From NCBI RefSeq assembly GCF_963921235.1, contig NC_086098.1:2294001-2358000 (forward strand): DNA of 64,000 nucleotides, given 5' to 3'. Below the pieces are notes generated by a model, which searched no databases, was not told the origin of the DNA, and saw only the letters and a list, made by a program, of their open reading frames with translations. Source of the stretch: Mobula hypostoma (Eukaryota). A program made the translations under genes and the position numbers. Positions within the stretch are counted from its first letter, which is position 1. Each line of letters starts with the position of its first letter. Positions 11,576 through 22,741 of the stretch are shown one piece after another.

Positions 11576-13874
11576 TTACTGAAATTCTACACAAATGTTA
11601 AACTTTGATTTTTGTTTTATTTATTCCATGTGCACCAATCCTTTTTGTTCATTATTCTTTGGCAGATATGCACACAGACACGTAGCCGTAGACACAAAGA
11701 CACAGAGACAGAGACACACACACTCCGTATTTCAGCAGGGCTCTTTCTCAGGCTTCAGCCATTTATTTATGTTGATGAACATCGTACTGAGGTTCAGTAA
11801 ACTCCTTAACACCCACGTCTCATTTGAACACTCAAGATGCTTGGCTGACTGCACACTTTCATGAAAGAGGAGAGAACCTTCAAAGAAAATTGTAATGAAC
11901 ACGAGAACTGAACCTTTGAATTAGTATGTGAGTTACCATTCTCCCAGCCTTTGAAGACTTTTGAGGTTTTTTTTCACTTTCTTCTGAAGGAGGTTGGTTA
12001 GCAAGGAAGGAGTGAAGGAGGTTGGTTAGTTGAAAGCAAACTTCTCGAGTGTTTTTACAGATATATAATTACTTGCTGTAATACAGAACAGTTCCGTACT
12101 ATCAGACTGCTTTGCATTATAATCCATTTATTCACATAGAATTCAGAAGCATTGTCACCCAGGATACTTATCCCAACATGTATTTCCATTTCTCCCACTG
12201 TTCAGTTTGCATCATCCAACCTCAACCTTTCTCTGGTCCACATCCGCTGCCCAGAGCTGAAACAAAAACAGTCTGCTGGAGGGTCTCAGAAGGTGTGGAA
12301 TAAATCACCAATGATTTGCAATCACCAATGTTCTGCATTGAGACTATACATCACGGATGAGCACTGGAATGGATTATTGGACAGATTTATGATTGTAACA
12401 TGTACTGAGGTACTGTGAAAAACTTGTCTTACATGTTGTTCGTACAGATTAATTCATTACCCTTAGGGAGTATTCTGGAGTTATGGATTATGGCAAATAT
12501 TAATTTCAAGTGCAACCAGTCTTCAAATCTGAATATGGATTGTAGATTGAATTTAAAATGCAGCTCACAACAATGGTGTCCTTGGGGTCAAATGCAAACC
12601 AGGAAACCTGAGATGTCTGCATATGCATGAATGCAGCCCAGAGACTGCAATGAATAACATTCAGTTTAGGGTGTTTTGAGTTTTGGTGTGAGATCTAGGT
12701 ATCTGAAACAAATGAAGTAGTATGAATGCACTATAACTGTAGAAGTCTCCTGCTTTTATGTTTGTTCTTTAGCATAAAAAATGTGATGTAATGTTGGGTC
12801 AGAGAGCCTCTCTCCAGGGTGACTCCAAAGGCTGTCAGCTTGTGAGTGCCAAATAAACACTTCATCTAAAAACATTTCAGGTTAAAGGTTAATTATCATC
12901 AACCACACATGAATATAGCCGAATGAAAGAGCATTCCTCTGCAGACAAAGGTGCAAAACACAGCACCAACAGCACACAATACACTAATCATAGCATGCAG
13001 TGTAAATAGAAAAAAACACAGTCACAAAGGGAGAATAAGTAATAATATAGCCCAAATCCCTGTGTGGTGTAATGAGATGGATGGCAAATTGCCCTGGTCC
13101 AGCTTCCAGTGGATTGAGGGAGGAATCTGGAGCAAGCAGAGGAAATCTACACAGTCACAGGGAGAATGTACAAACTCTGTGCTGGAATTGAATTCTGAAC
13201 ACTAACGCCTCCAGCTGTAATAGCATCACACTAACCACTACATTACTGTGGCAATTTATTATCCCTCTCAACCCTATTCTGACTTGCTGAGTTTTTTTTT
13301 TGGCATTTTGTGCTCTGATTGTAGCAAATCTAATTGCTACATGTAGCATTGTTCTCATTTTGAACTGCAGTGGATGCTTTGGCATGTCGGAAATGACTCT
13401 AGATTTAAAACAGAAACTCGAGCAAAAGTTAAAGAGCGAATGTTAATCACAGCTAAAATGAGATACGTGCCAAATTTTCTTCTATCCTGTCCAGGTGTCA
13501 CAGTTCCTGTGCCAGCTTCATAATTCACATTCAAATTTATTTTAATACTTGCAGGTCTCATGTTACTTTTATGATTTTTATTTAATTCTATAGACCTGAT
13601 TTTGCAAATTATAGATCTTTTCAAAAAGACAAAAATACACCCAGAAAAAAGCACAGACCATTGTTGACTAGGTATTAAATGGAAACTGTTTTATTTTGAA
13701 GATAGCATCCCATGAAAAGTTCTGTTCAATTGTATTGAAGAGTTTACCATTAGACATTTCCAAAAAAAAAATTTTTAAGCTGTATTTAAAGATACAGCAC
13801 AGAACAGACCATTCTAGTCCAACAAGTTACACCACCTAGCAAGTGCCCGGCAACCATCCAGCAACTGCCCAACA

Positions 13875-14220
13875 AATCAAAAGAGAGGCAAAAAATAGCA
13901 GGAAGATAGAGGACTGGCAAGCTTTTAAAAACCTATAGACAGCAAATAAAAGAATCATTAGGTCAGAAAAGATAACTGATGAAAGCAACTTAGCAAACAA
14001 TATCAAGATAGATAGAAAAAGACTTTTTCAAGTATATAAAAAATAAAAGAGAGATGAGAGTGGATATTGGATGGCCAGAAAATGAGGCTGGAGAAATAAT
14101 ACTGGGGATCAAGGAGGTGACAGATGAATTAAATGAGCATTTTGCATCAGTCCTCATTATGGAAGACATCGGCAGTGTGCCAAATGTTGAAGGGTGTGAG
14201 GAAAGAGAAGTGAGTGCAGT
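13875..14220 (+). mobile_element. Internal CR1 ORF2 fragment inside a minus-strand SINE (13780-13870, 14221-14350)
   Basis: ENEAGEIILGIKEVTDELNEHFASV; flanks contain ggggaggaaacaggagcattcagaggaaacccatg (V-domain, reverse complement). Confidence 0.75.
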
Positions 14221-14909
14221 TCACTTACTAACTAGTATGTCTATGGACTGGGGGAGGAAACAGGAGCATTCAGAGGAAACCCATGTGGTCACAGGGAGAT
14301 GTATAAACTCCAGAATTGAACTCCCATCTCCATCGCCCAAGCGGTAGTAGATAATCACCACACAACAATGGCGACCCTCTATAACTGCTGGTGAATCATC
14401 TTCACTGCTATGTCTCAGTTAGAGGAGCATTTTGACATTTGACAAACAGCAAAAATCTATCAAAATAAATGCACGCACACACACACACAGAGTTGCTACT
14501 TTCCAGCACTATCTTAGAGGATTGTCATGAAATACAGCCACCATCAGCAGCTGTACTTCACTGAGAGTTTGAAGAGAATTGGTTTGTCACCAAAGACTGA
14601 CAAATTTCTACAGACGTACCATTGAGAGCACTCTAACTGGGTGTATCATAGCCTGGAATGGAGGGACCAACTAACACAATCGGGGAAAGGTACAAAAGTT
14701 GTAAATGCAGTCAGCTCCATCACGGGCACTTGTTTCCCCAGCATCGAGGGCATCTTCAAAAGGAGGTGCCTCAAAAATTAGGCATCCATCATTAAGGACT
14801 CCCACCACCCGGGGCAGGCTGACATGCTCTCTTCTTATTCCTACCATCAGGGGTACAGGAGTCTGAGGACACACACTCAACATTTTAGAGACAGCTTAAA
14901 CCGTAACAT

Positions 14910-17900
14910 CATTAGACATAGAAACAGATTTAGGCCATCTGGCCCATCAAGTCTGCTCCACCATTTAATCATGGCTGATCCTTTTTTTTTCTCCTCGTCA
15001 ACCCCATTTCCTGGCCTTCTCCCCGTAACCTTTGATGCCATGGCCAATCAAGAACCTATCAATCTCTGCCTTAAATAGGCCCAACCACCTAGCCTCCACA
15101 GCTGCATATGGCAACAAATTCCACAAATTCACCACCTTTCGGCTAAAGAGATTTCTCCGCATCTCTGTTTTGAAAGGTCGCCCCTCTATCCTGAGGCTGT
15201 ACCCTCTTATCCTAGACATTCCAGTATGGGAAACATCCTTTTCACATCTATCTTGTCTAGGCCTTTCAACATTCGAAAGGTTGCAATAAGATGCCCCTCA
15301 TCCTTCTGAATTCCAGCAGGTACAGACCCAAAGCCATCAAACGTTCCTCGTATGGTTACCCTTTCATTCCGGAATCATCCTTGTGAACCCTCTCCAATGC
15401 CAGCACAGCTTTTCCCAGATGAGGGGCCCAAAACTTTTCACAATACTCAAAGTGAGGTCTCACCAGTGCCTGCTCTTATATTCTAGACCTCTTGAAATGA
15501 ATGATAACATTGCACTTCCCTTTCTCACTACTGACTGAACTTGCAAGTTAACCTTCAAGATATTCTGCACAAGAACTCCCAAGTCCCTTTGCATCTCAGA
15601 TTCCTGGATTTTCTCCCCATTTAGAAAATAGTCTGCACACTTAGGTACATGACCATGCATTTTTCAACATTGTATTTCATTTGCCACTTTCTTGCATTCT
15701 CCTTATCTGTCTAAGTCCTTCTGCGTCCAACCCTGTTTCCTCAAGACTATCTGCCCCTCCACCAATCTTCTTATCATCTGCAAACTTGGCAACAAAACCA
15801 TCTATACCATCATCTCAACATTTATATACAGCATAAAAGGCAGCAGTCCCATCACCGACCCCTCTGGAACACCACTTAGCAGCCAACCAGAAAAGGATCC
15901 TTTTATTCATAGTCATACTTTATTCATCCCGAGGGAAATATTCCCACTCACTGCCTCCTACCAAACAGCCAATGTTAGTACTTTCCTGTAATACCATGGG
16001 CTCTTAACCTGGTAAGCAGCCTCATGTATGGCACCTTGTCAAAGGCCTTCTGAAAATCCAAATATACGACATCCATTGCATCCCCTTTATATATCTTACT
16101 TGTAATCTCCTCAAAGAATTCCAATAGGTTCGTCAGACAGAATTTTTCCTGAAGGAAACCATGCAGACTGTACAATTTTGTCCTGTGTCACCAAGTACAC
16201 CATCACCTCATCCTTAACAATTGACTCTAACACTTTCCCAACCACTGAGGTCAGGGTAACTGGTCTATAATTTCCTTTCTGCTGCCTTCCTCCTTTCTTA
16301 AAGAGTGGAGTGACACTTGCAATTTTCCAGTCCTCTGGCACCATGCCAGAGTGCAAAGATTTTTGAAAGATAATTTCTAATGCCACCACAATCTCTAACG
16401 CTATCGCTTTCAGAACCTTAGGGTGCAGTTCCTCTGGTCCGGATGACTTATCTACCTTTAAGTCTTTCAGCTTTTTGAGCACCTTCTCTCTTGTAACAGT
16501 AACTGCACCCACTTCTCTTCCTTCACACACTACAACATCAGGCACACTGCTAGTGTCTTCCACAGTGAAGTTTGATGCAAAATACTAATTTAGTTTGGCA
16601 GCTATCTCCTTGTCCCCTGTTATTATTTCTCCTGCCTCATTTTCTAGCAGTCCCATATCCACTCTCATCTCGCATTTATTTTTAACATACTTGAAAAAAC
16701 TTTTACTATCCACTTTGATATCATTTGCTAGCTTGCTGTCATAGTTCATCTTTTCCCTTCTAATAATCTTTTTAGTTGCTCTCTGTAGATTTTTAAAAAC
16801 ATCCCAGTTCTCTATCTTCCCACTATTTTTTGCTTTGTTGTATGCCCTCTCTTTTGCTTTTACAATAGCTTTGACTTCCCTTGTCAGCCACGGTTGTACT
16901 ATTTTACCATTTGAGTTATTCTTCATTTTTAGAATACACATGTCCTGCACCTTCCTAATTTTTCCCAGAAACGCACGTCATTGCTGCTCTGCTGACATCC
17001 CTGCCAGCAGCTCCTTCCAATTTACTTTAGCCAACTCCTCTCTCATACCACTGGAATTTCCCTTACTCCACTGAAATACTGCTACATCAGACTTTACTTT
17101 CTCCCTATGAAATTTCAAGTCGAACACAATCATATTGTGATCGTTGGTTCCTAAAGGTTCTTTTACCTTAAGCTCCCTAATTGCCTCCAGTTCATTACGT
17201 AACACCCAATCCAGCTCATTCCCCAGTAGGCTCAACAATAAACTGCTCTAAAAATCTATCTCTTAGGAATTCAACAAACTCACTCACTTGAGGTCCATTA
17301 CCAACCGAATTTTCCCAGTTGACCTGCACGTTAAAATTCCCATGACTACTATAACATTGCCCTTTTGACTTGCCTTATCTATTTCCTGTTGCAACCTGTG
17401 GTTCACCTCCCAGCCACTGTTGGGAGACCTGTATATAAATGCCATCAATATCCTTTTACCCTTGCAATTTCAAAACTCAACCCTCAAGTATTCAACATCT
17501 TCTGATCCTATGTCACATCTTTCTACTGATTTGATGCCATTCTTTACCAGTAGAGCCACACCACCCCCTCTGCCTACCTTCCTATCCCTCTGATACATTG
17601 TGTAACCTTGGACATTCAGCTCCCAACTACAACCATCTTTCAGTGATGGTCACAACATCATACCTGGCAACCTGTAACACTGCAATAAGATCATCCACCT
17701 TATTTCTTATACTATGTGCATTTAGATACAACACCTTGAGTACCATATTTGCTATCCCTTCCCAGTCTGCATCCCTAATGATTTGTTACTCAGCCTGTTG
17801 GGCTGAACTATGTCCCATCACCTGCCTGCCCTTCCTGACAATCTGACTGCACGTCATCTTTACTTTTTTACCACCCATCCTAACCTGAGTCCCTTCACTC

Positions 17901-19070
17901 CAGTTCCCAGCCCCCTGCCAAGTTAATTTAAACCCTCCCAACAGCTCTAACAAACCTGCCCGCAAGAATATTGGTCCCCCTCGGGTTCAGGTGTAAACCA
18001 TCACTTTTGAACGGGTTATACCTCCCCCAGAAGAGATTCCAATGATCCAAGAACCGGAAGCCCTGCCCCCTGCACCAGCTTCTCAGCCACTCATTTATCT
18101 GCCAAATCATCCTGTTTTCACCCTCACTGGCACATGGTACAGACAGCAATCCAGAAATTACTACACAGGAGGTCCTGCTTCTCTGCTTTCTACCTAGCTC
18201 TCTAAATTCTCTCTTCAGGACCTCTTTGCTTTTCCTTCCTATGTCATTAGTACCAATATGTATCAAAATATCTGGCTGCCCCACCTCCCTCTCTGAAATG
18301 TAGTGGACGTGATCTGAGACATCCCTGACCCTGGCACCCGGGAGGCAACATACCATCCGGGTGTCCCATTCACATCCACAGAATCTCCTGTCTGTTCCCC
18401 TCACTATTGAGTCCTCCATCACTACTGCTCCTCTCTTCTCTTTCGTTCCATTCTGCACCACGGACCCATGCTCAGTGCCTGCAACCCGGTCACCGTAGAA
18501 TTCTCCCGGGAGGTCATCCCCAACAAAAGTACCCAAAGCGATATACTTGTTTTTGAGGGGAATGGCCACAGGGGTGCTCTGCTCTAACTGCCTATTTCCA
18601 TTTCTCTTGATGGTCACCCAGCTACTCGCCTCCTGCAACTTTGGGGTGACTACTTCTCTGTAACTTCGATCAATTATATCCTCGCTCTCCCGTACAAGCC
18701 GAAGGTCATCCAGCTGCTGCTCCAGATCCCTAACACGGTCTTCAAGGAGCTGCAGCCGGATGCACTTCACGCAGATGTAGTTCCCCGGGAGACTCTGGGT
18801 CTCCCAGTTCTCCAACATCCAGCACGAAGAACACACCACAGCCATTTAAATGGTACAGTAAGAGAGAAAAAAAGATCAAAAAGGAAACCTCAGCAGACAC
18901 TTTACACTGAGCCGACGTCTCTTCCAAGTCGAAGCCTCCTTTGAGCCAAAGCCTGTCGCCTCTATCCTTGCCACTGGGCTACTCCCGACAATTGCCGCTC
19001 CGCTTAGCCCTTCTGTACTTTTATTTTATTCGTAGAGCTCTGGTGACGCCGCTGATAAGTCACGTACGAT
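14910..19070 (-). mobile_element. Full-length CR1 LINE: CpG-rich 5'UTR, ORF1, decayed ORF2, 3'UTR
   Basis: ORF1 17928-18845; ORF2 in at least six broken pieces (14998-17700) with APE and RT motifs; 3' tail near 14910. Confidence 0.95.
17928..18845 (-). CDS. CR1 ORF1 protein (CxxC...CxxC zinc finger, leucine-zipper coiled coil, SGNH esterase-like domain), uninterrupted 305 aa
   Basis: CSSCWM...ICVKCIRLQLLEDRVRDLEQQLDDL; esterase blocks EDSIVRG, PGARV, HIGTNDI, DGLHLN. Confidence 0.85.
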   Translation of the reverse strand: MAVVCSSCWMLENWETQSLPGNYICVKCIRLQLLEDRVRDLEQQLDDLRLVRESEDIIDRSYREVVTPKLQEASSWVTIKRNGNRQLEQSTPVAIPLKNKYIALGTFVGDDLPGEFYGDRVAGTEHGSVVQNGTKEKRGAVVMEDSIVRGTDRRFCGCEWDTRMVCCLPGARVRDVSDHVHYISEREVGQPDILIHIGTNDIGRKSKEVLKREFRELGRKQRSRTSCVVISGLLSVPCASEGENRMIWQINEWLRSWCRGQGFRFLDHWNLFWGRYNPFKSDGLHLNPRGTNILAGRFVRAVGRV

Positions 19071-20717
19071 AGGTCAGCATCTTCTCTTCTGCCATCAGAA
19101 TTTTGAATGGATAATGAACCACCTCACTGTTTTGGTGCTCTTTTTGTACTAATTATTTAATAAAAAAATATTTTATTGTTTGCAAGGTACTGCTACCACA
19201 AAACAACAAATGTTATGATATATGACAGTGATCTCAAACCTGATTCTGATTCCAAAGCGGCCTGTTTTATTAAAAGGAAAGTGTAAATAGGAAGGCGTGG
19301 ATTAAGTTAAACAGTGATAATCTCTACAACAGAAGTATACTGACACGACGGTCACTGGTAGGTTGTCATTGCAATATACAGCACTGTAATGTGGGCTTAG
19401 TGGAAAAATTGCACTGGGAAATTTTACTGAATAATTTGACAGAATATGCAGAATCAGGTCAGCTGATACCTGAAAGAAAGCTATTGTAGTGTGTGAAATT
19501 GTCACCTTCTTGGCAAAACAGAAGTATATAGAAGGAAGCAACCATCATTGATGCCCTCCAGCCTAATGAGCCCACAAGTAGATCCACGTGTAAACCAATA
19601 GTAAACTAATTTCAGTTCCATTTCCAATTCTTCTTGCATACTTTCTGGGTGAAGATGTTTCCCCTTCCCCGGTTCCCTTATAAATGTTTCCCTTCTAACC
19701 CAATATTTATGCCCCCCCCCACTAATTTTTGTTTGATGAGTGTGGATGAATAATTATTCATTTTCAGAATCTCTTAATGGTTTTTAATTTGTAGTAATAT
19801 ATATTTTGTAGCCTGGGGAAAAGTACAACAAATACTTTTTTGGGTTTTAATTCCTTTATCTGTTTTAGATGTTTTAGTGCCGGAAGAGGGTCTCAAGACA
19901 GAACAAATGAATTTACAACCAGTTCTTGCCGTTACAATCTCAGTTTAACTTTCGATCCACACCCTTGTGTCCAACCCTGTACCTTATACATAGCAGCGAA
20001 AATGTTGGTACACACGTGCTGAACTTCCGAACAGCGACTAAACATTCACGTTACACTGTTACATTCACAATCAGTCATGATACAATAAAGTTAGACAAAA
20101 GGTACACCTTGGCACAAATTTTACAAGATATTACCTGGTAGTTAAATTACAGGAAGACTGACCTACTTGGCCAGTAAGGAATGTTGTGCAAGCCATGCTG
20201 TCCAACGCCAATGCCTTCGCTCGTGAAAATCTAAAGCATCCACATGTAAAATATTCCAAATTACCAATACTCTCGATTCGCCAACAAGCACAAACAAATT
20301 CACATGGATATCATCAATTAATACTCACCATTCCTCACCATGCCCAGTATCTCTGGGAGGAACTTAATCCCAAAGCTCCACCAGCTTCGTCTCCCCACTA
20401 TCCCGTGAGTACGTAATGACTTCACCATCTCCACTTAAAGGCACAGACAACTATTCTAGCATTACCTGGATGGATGCCTAAGTACACTTTTAACGATATT
20501 GAATACGATTTGACGGTCACCCGGTTACATATATTTGCAATTCTGTGGAGAAATTGGTCTACCTCACTTCCTGTTTTGAGGAACAGATTAGAATTCTCAC
20601 TACATTGTAACATGTCTGATCTCCCCAGATGGGTAAATCTATCGTATTTAAGGTGTTCAGGGTAAACAAGCATGTTTCCTAGAGGTTTAAAAACACGTTA
20701 AGACCCCTCTCAAGGGA

Positions 20718-20785
20718 AAACACAAGATGCTGGATGAACTCAGCAGGTCGGGCAGCATCTATGGAGGGGAATAAATGCTGATGCA
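20718..20785 (-). mobile_element. Short Penelope pLTR end fragment
   Basis: atgctggatgaactcagcaggtcgggcagcatctatggag matches the other pLTR ends; hammerhead core absent. Confidence 0.6.
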
Positions 20786-21379
20786 CTTCTTCAAAACACA
20801 CTGATTGCTTTAAAGGGACAAAGTGAGCTTGAATTGATATAATTTTTGCATCACGTCTGTGTTTCGTCAAACAGCTTTTAATCATGTCTGTGGCCTTTTG
20901 TACACAGATTGATTCAGCGCACACCATTGGCTGTTCGCCCTGATGTAGGAAATGTGTTATGACTTTACACACCTTTCAGTGGAAAAGGTGTTAAATATCT
21001 CAAAAAAAACACACAGCCAAGTACGATTAACAAGTCAAATATAATGTTTCACTTCTGTTACCCATGTTTTTTAAATCTGTTTAGATCTCTGTTACTTAAT
21101 AAAAGTCTCAAATTGATACCATGTAGGCTTGTTTATTCCTCTGTAAATGTGTTGAGACGATTAAATTATATTGATCCACAATGATGAAGGTAAATGGCTT
21201 GTATCAGGCACACAGACATTTAAGAGCTATTTTGTTCTCCTTGTGGATTGAGGCCAAGGAGAGCAAATTCCATCCATTGCTACTGAACATCTCCTGGCTC
21301 CATGCAAAACTCAGGTTAAAGATGAAAGCATGCAGAGCAGCATACACTTATTCAGATGGTGAACCTGCAAGGACTCCTA

Positions 21380-21785
21380 CTAAGGACAACAGAGGCTACA
21401 TTTCATTAGGACTTTGAGGAGATTTGGTTTGACACCACAGACTGTTGAAAATGTCTACAGATATACCGTGGAGAGCATTCTAACTGGGTGCATCGCCAAC
21501 TGGTATGGAGGCTCCAATACAGATGATTGGAAAAGGTACAGAGCAATGTAGGCTCAGCCACCTCCATCACCTGCACAACCCTCCCTCGCTATCGAGAACA
21601 GCTTCAAGAGGTGGTGAAATAAGGTAGCAACATCCATCATTAAAGACCTTCACCATCCAGGGTATACCCTCTTCTATTTGCTACCATCAAGAATGATGTA
21701 CAGGAACTGGAAAACACACACTGCACGTTTTAGAAACAGCTTCATCCCCTCTGCCATCAGATTTCAGAATGGTCCATGAACTCAA
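21380..21785 (+). mobile_element. Degenerate Rex1/Babar-type 3' fragment
   Basis: accgtggagagcattctaactgggtgcatc (TVESILTGCI)...agaaacagcttcatcccctctgccatcag. Confidence 0.75.
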
Positions 21786-21814
21786 TGGCTCCATCTTTAA
21801 TAATACTTCATACT

Positions 21815-22720
21815 TTATACCTTATGGTCGCCAAACAATTGATACTAGAACATACAATCATCACAGCGATATTTGTTTCTGCGCTTTCCGCTCCCTGGAT
21901 TACAAATATTAAATATTAAAAATAGTAAAAATTAGTAAATATTAATAATTTAAATCATAAATCATAAATAGAAAATAGAAAATAGAAAAATGGAAAGTAA
22001 AGTAGTGCAAAAAAACCGAGAGGCAGGTCCGGATATTTGGAGGGTACGGCCCAGATCCGGGTCAGGATCCGTTCAGCAGTCTTATCACAGTTGGAAAGAA
22101 GCTGTTCCCAAATCTGGCCGTACGAGTCTTCAAGCTCCTGAGCCTTCTCCCGGAGGGAAGAGGGACGGAAAGTGTGTTGGATGGGTGGGCCGTGTCCTTG
22201 ATTATCTTGGCAGCACTGCTCCGACAGCGTGCGGTGTAAAGTGACAGAAGATTGGTTTGTGTGATTTGCTGCGCCGTGTTCACGATCTTCTGCAGCTTCT
22301 TCCGGTCTTGGACAGGACAACTTCCATACCAGGTTGTGATGCGCCCTAGAAGAATGCTTTCTACGGTGCATCAATAAAAATTCATGAGGGTTTTAGGGGA
22401 CAGGCCAAATTTCTTTAGTTTTCTCAGGAAGTAAAGGCGCTGGTGGGCCTTCTTGGCGGTGAACTCTGCTTGGTTGGACCAAGTCAGGTCATTTGTGATA
22501 TTGACCCCAAGGAACTTAAAGCTTCTGACCTGTTCCACTTGCGTACCACCGATGTAAATTGGATTGTGCGGTCCGCTACTCCTTTTGAAGTCAACAACCA
22601 ATTCCTTCATCTTGCTGCTGTTGAGGGATAGGTTATTGTCTTCGTACCATGCCACCAGGTTCTTAATTTCCTCTCTGTACTCAAACTCATCATTACCCGA
22701 GATATGGCCTACAGTTGTTG
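21815..22720 (-). mobile_element. Rex1/Babar-type RT 3' fragment, different subfamily
   Basis: NNLSLNSSKMKELVVDF, FKFLGVNITNDLTWS, KKAHQRLYFLRKLKK, LPSGRRLRSLK. Confidence 0.88.
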
Positions 22721-22741
22721 TAGGAGGCAAGTAAATAATAG

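Larger units (their letters stand above)
14520..19252 (+). mobile_element. Rex1/Babar-type 3' fragment (14520-14898 plus 19075-19252) interrupted by a full-length CR1
   Basis: Sequence resumes after the CR1 with cttctgccatcagaattttgaatgg and ends aaacctgattctgattcc. Confidence 0.75.

Noticed and set aside
11595..11864. Plus-strand acceptor and ORFs
   Set aside because: Content is largely CA/GA microsatellite-like; no partner exons or homology.
13355..13654. Minus ORF with a good acceptor as a P-domain exon
   Set aside because: No YGFG, EHV, RGDL or WGE motifs; no recognisable homology.
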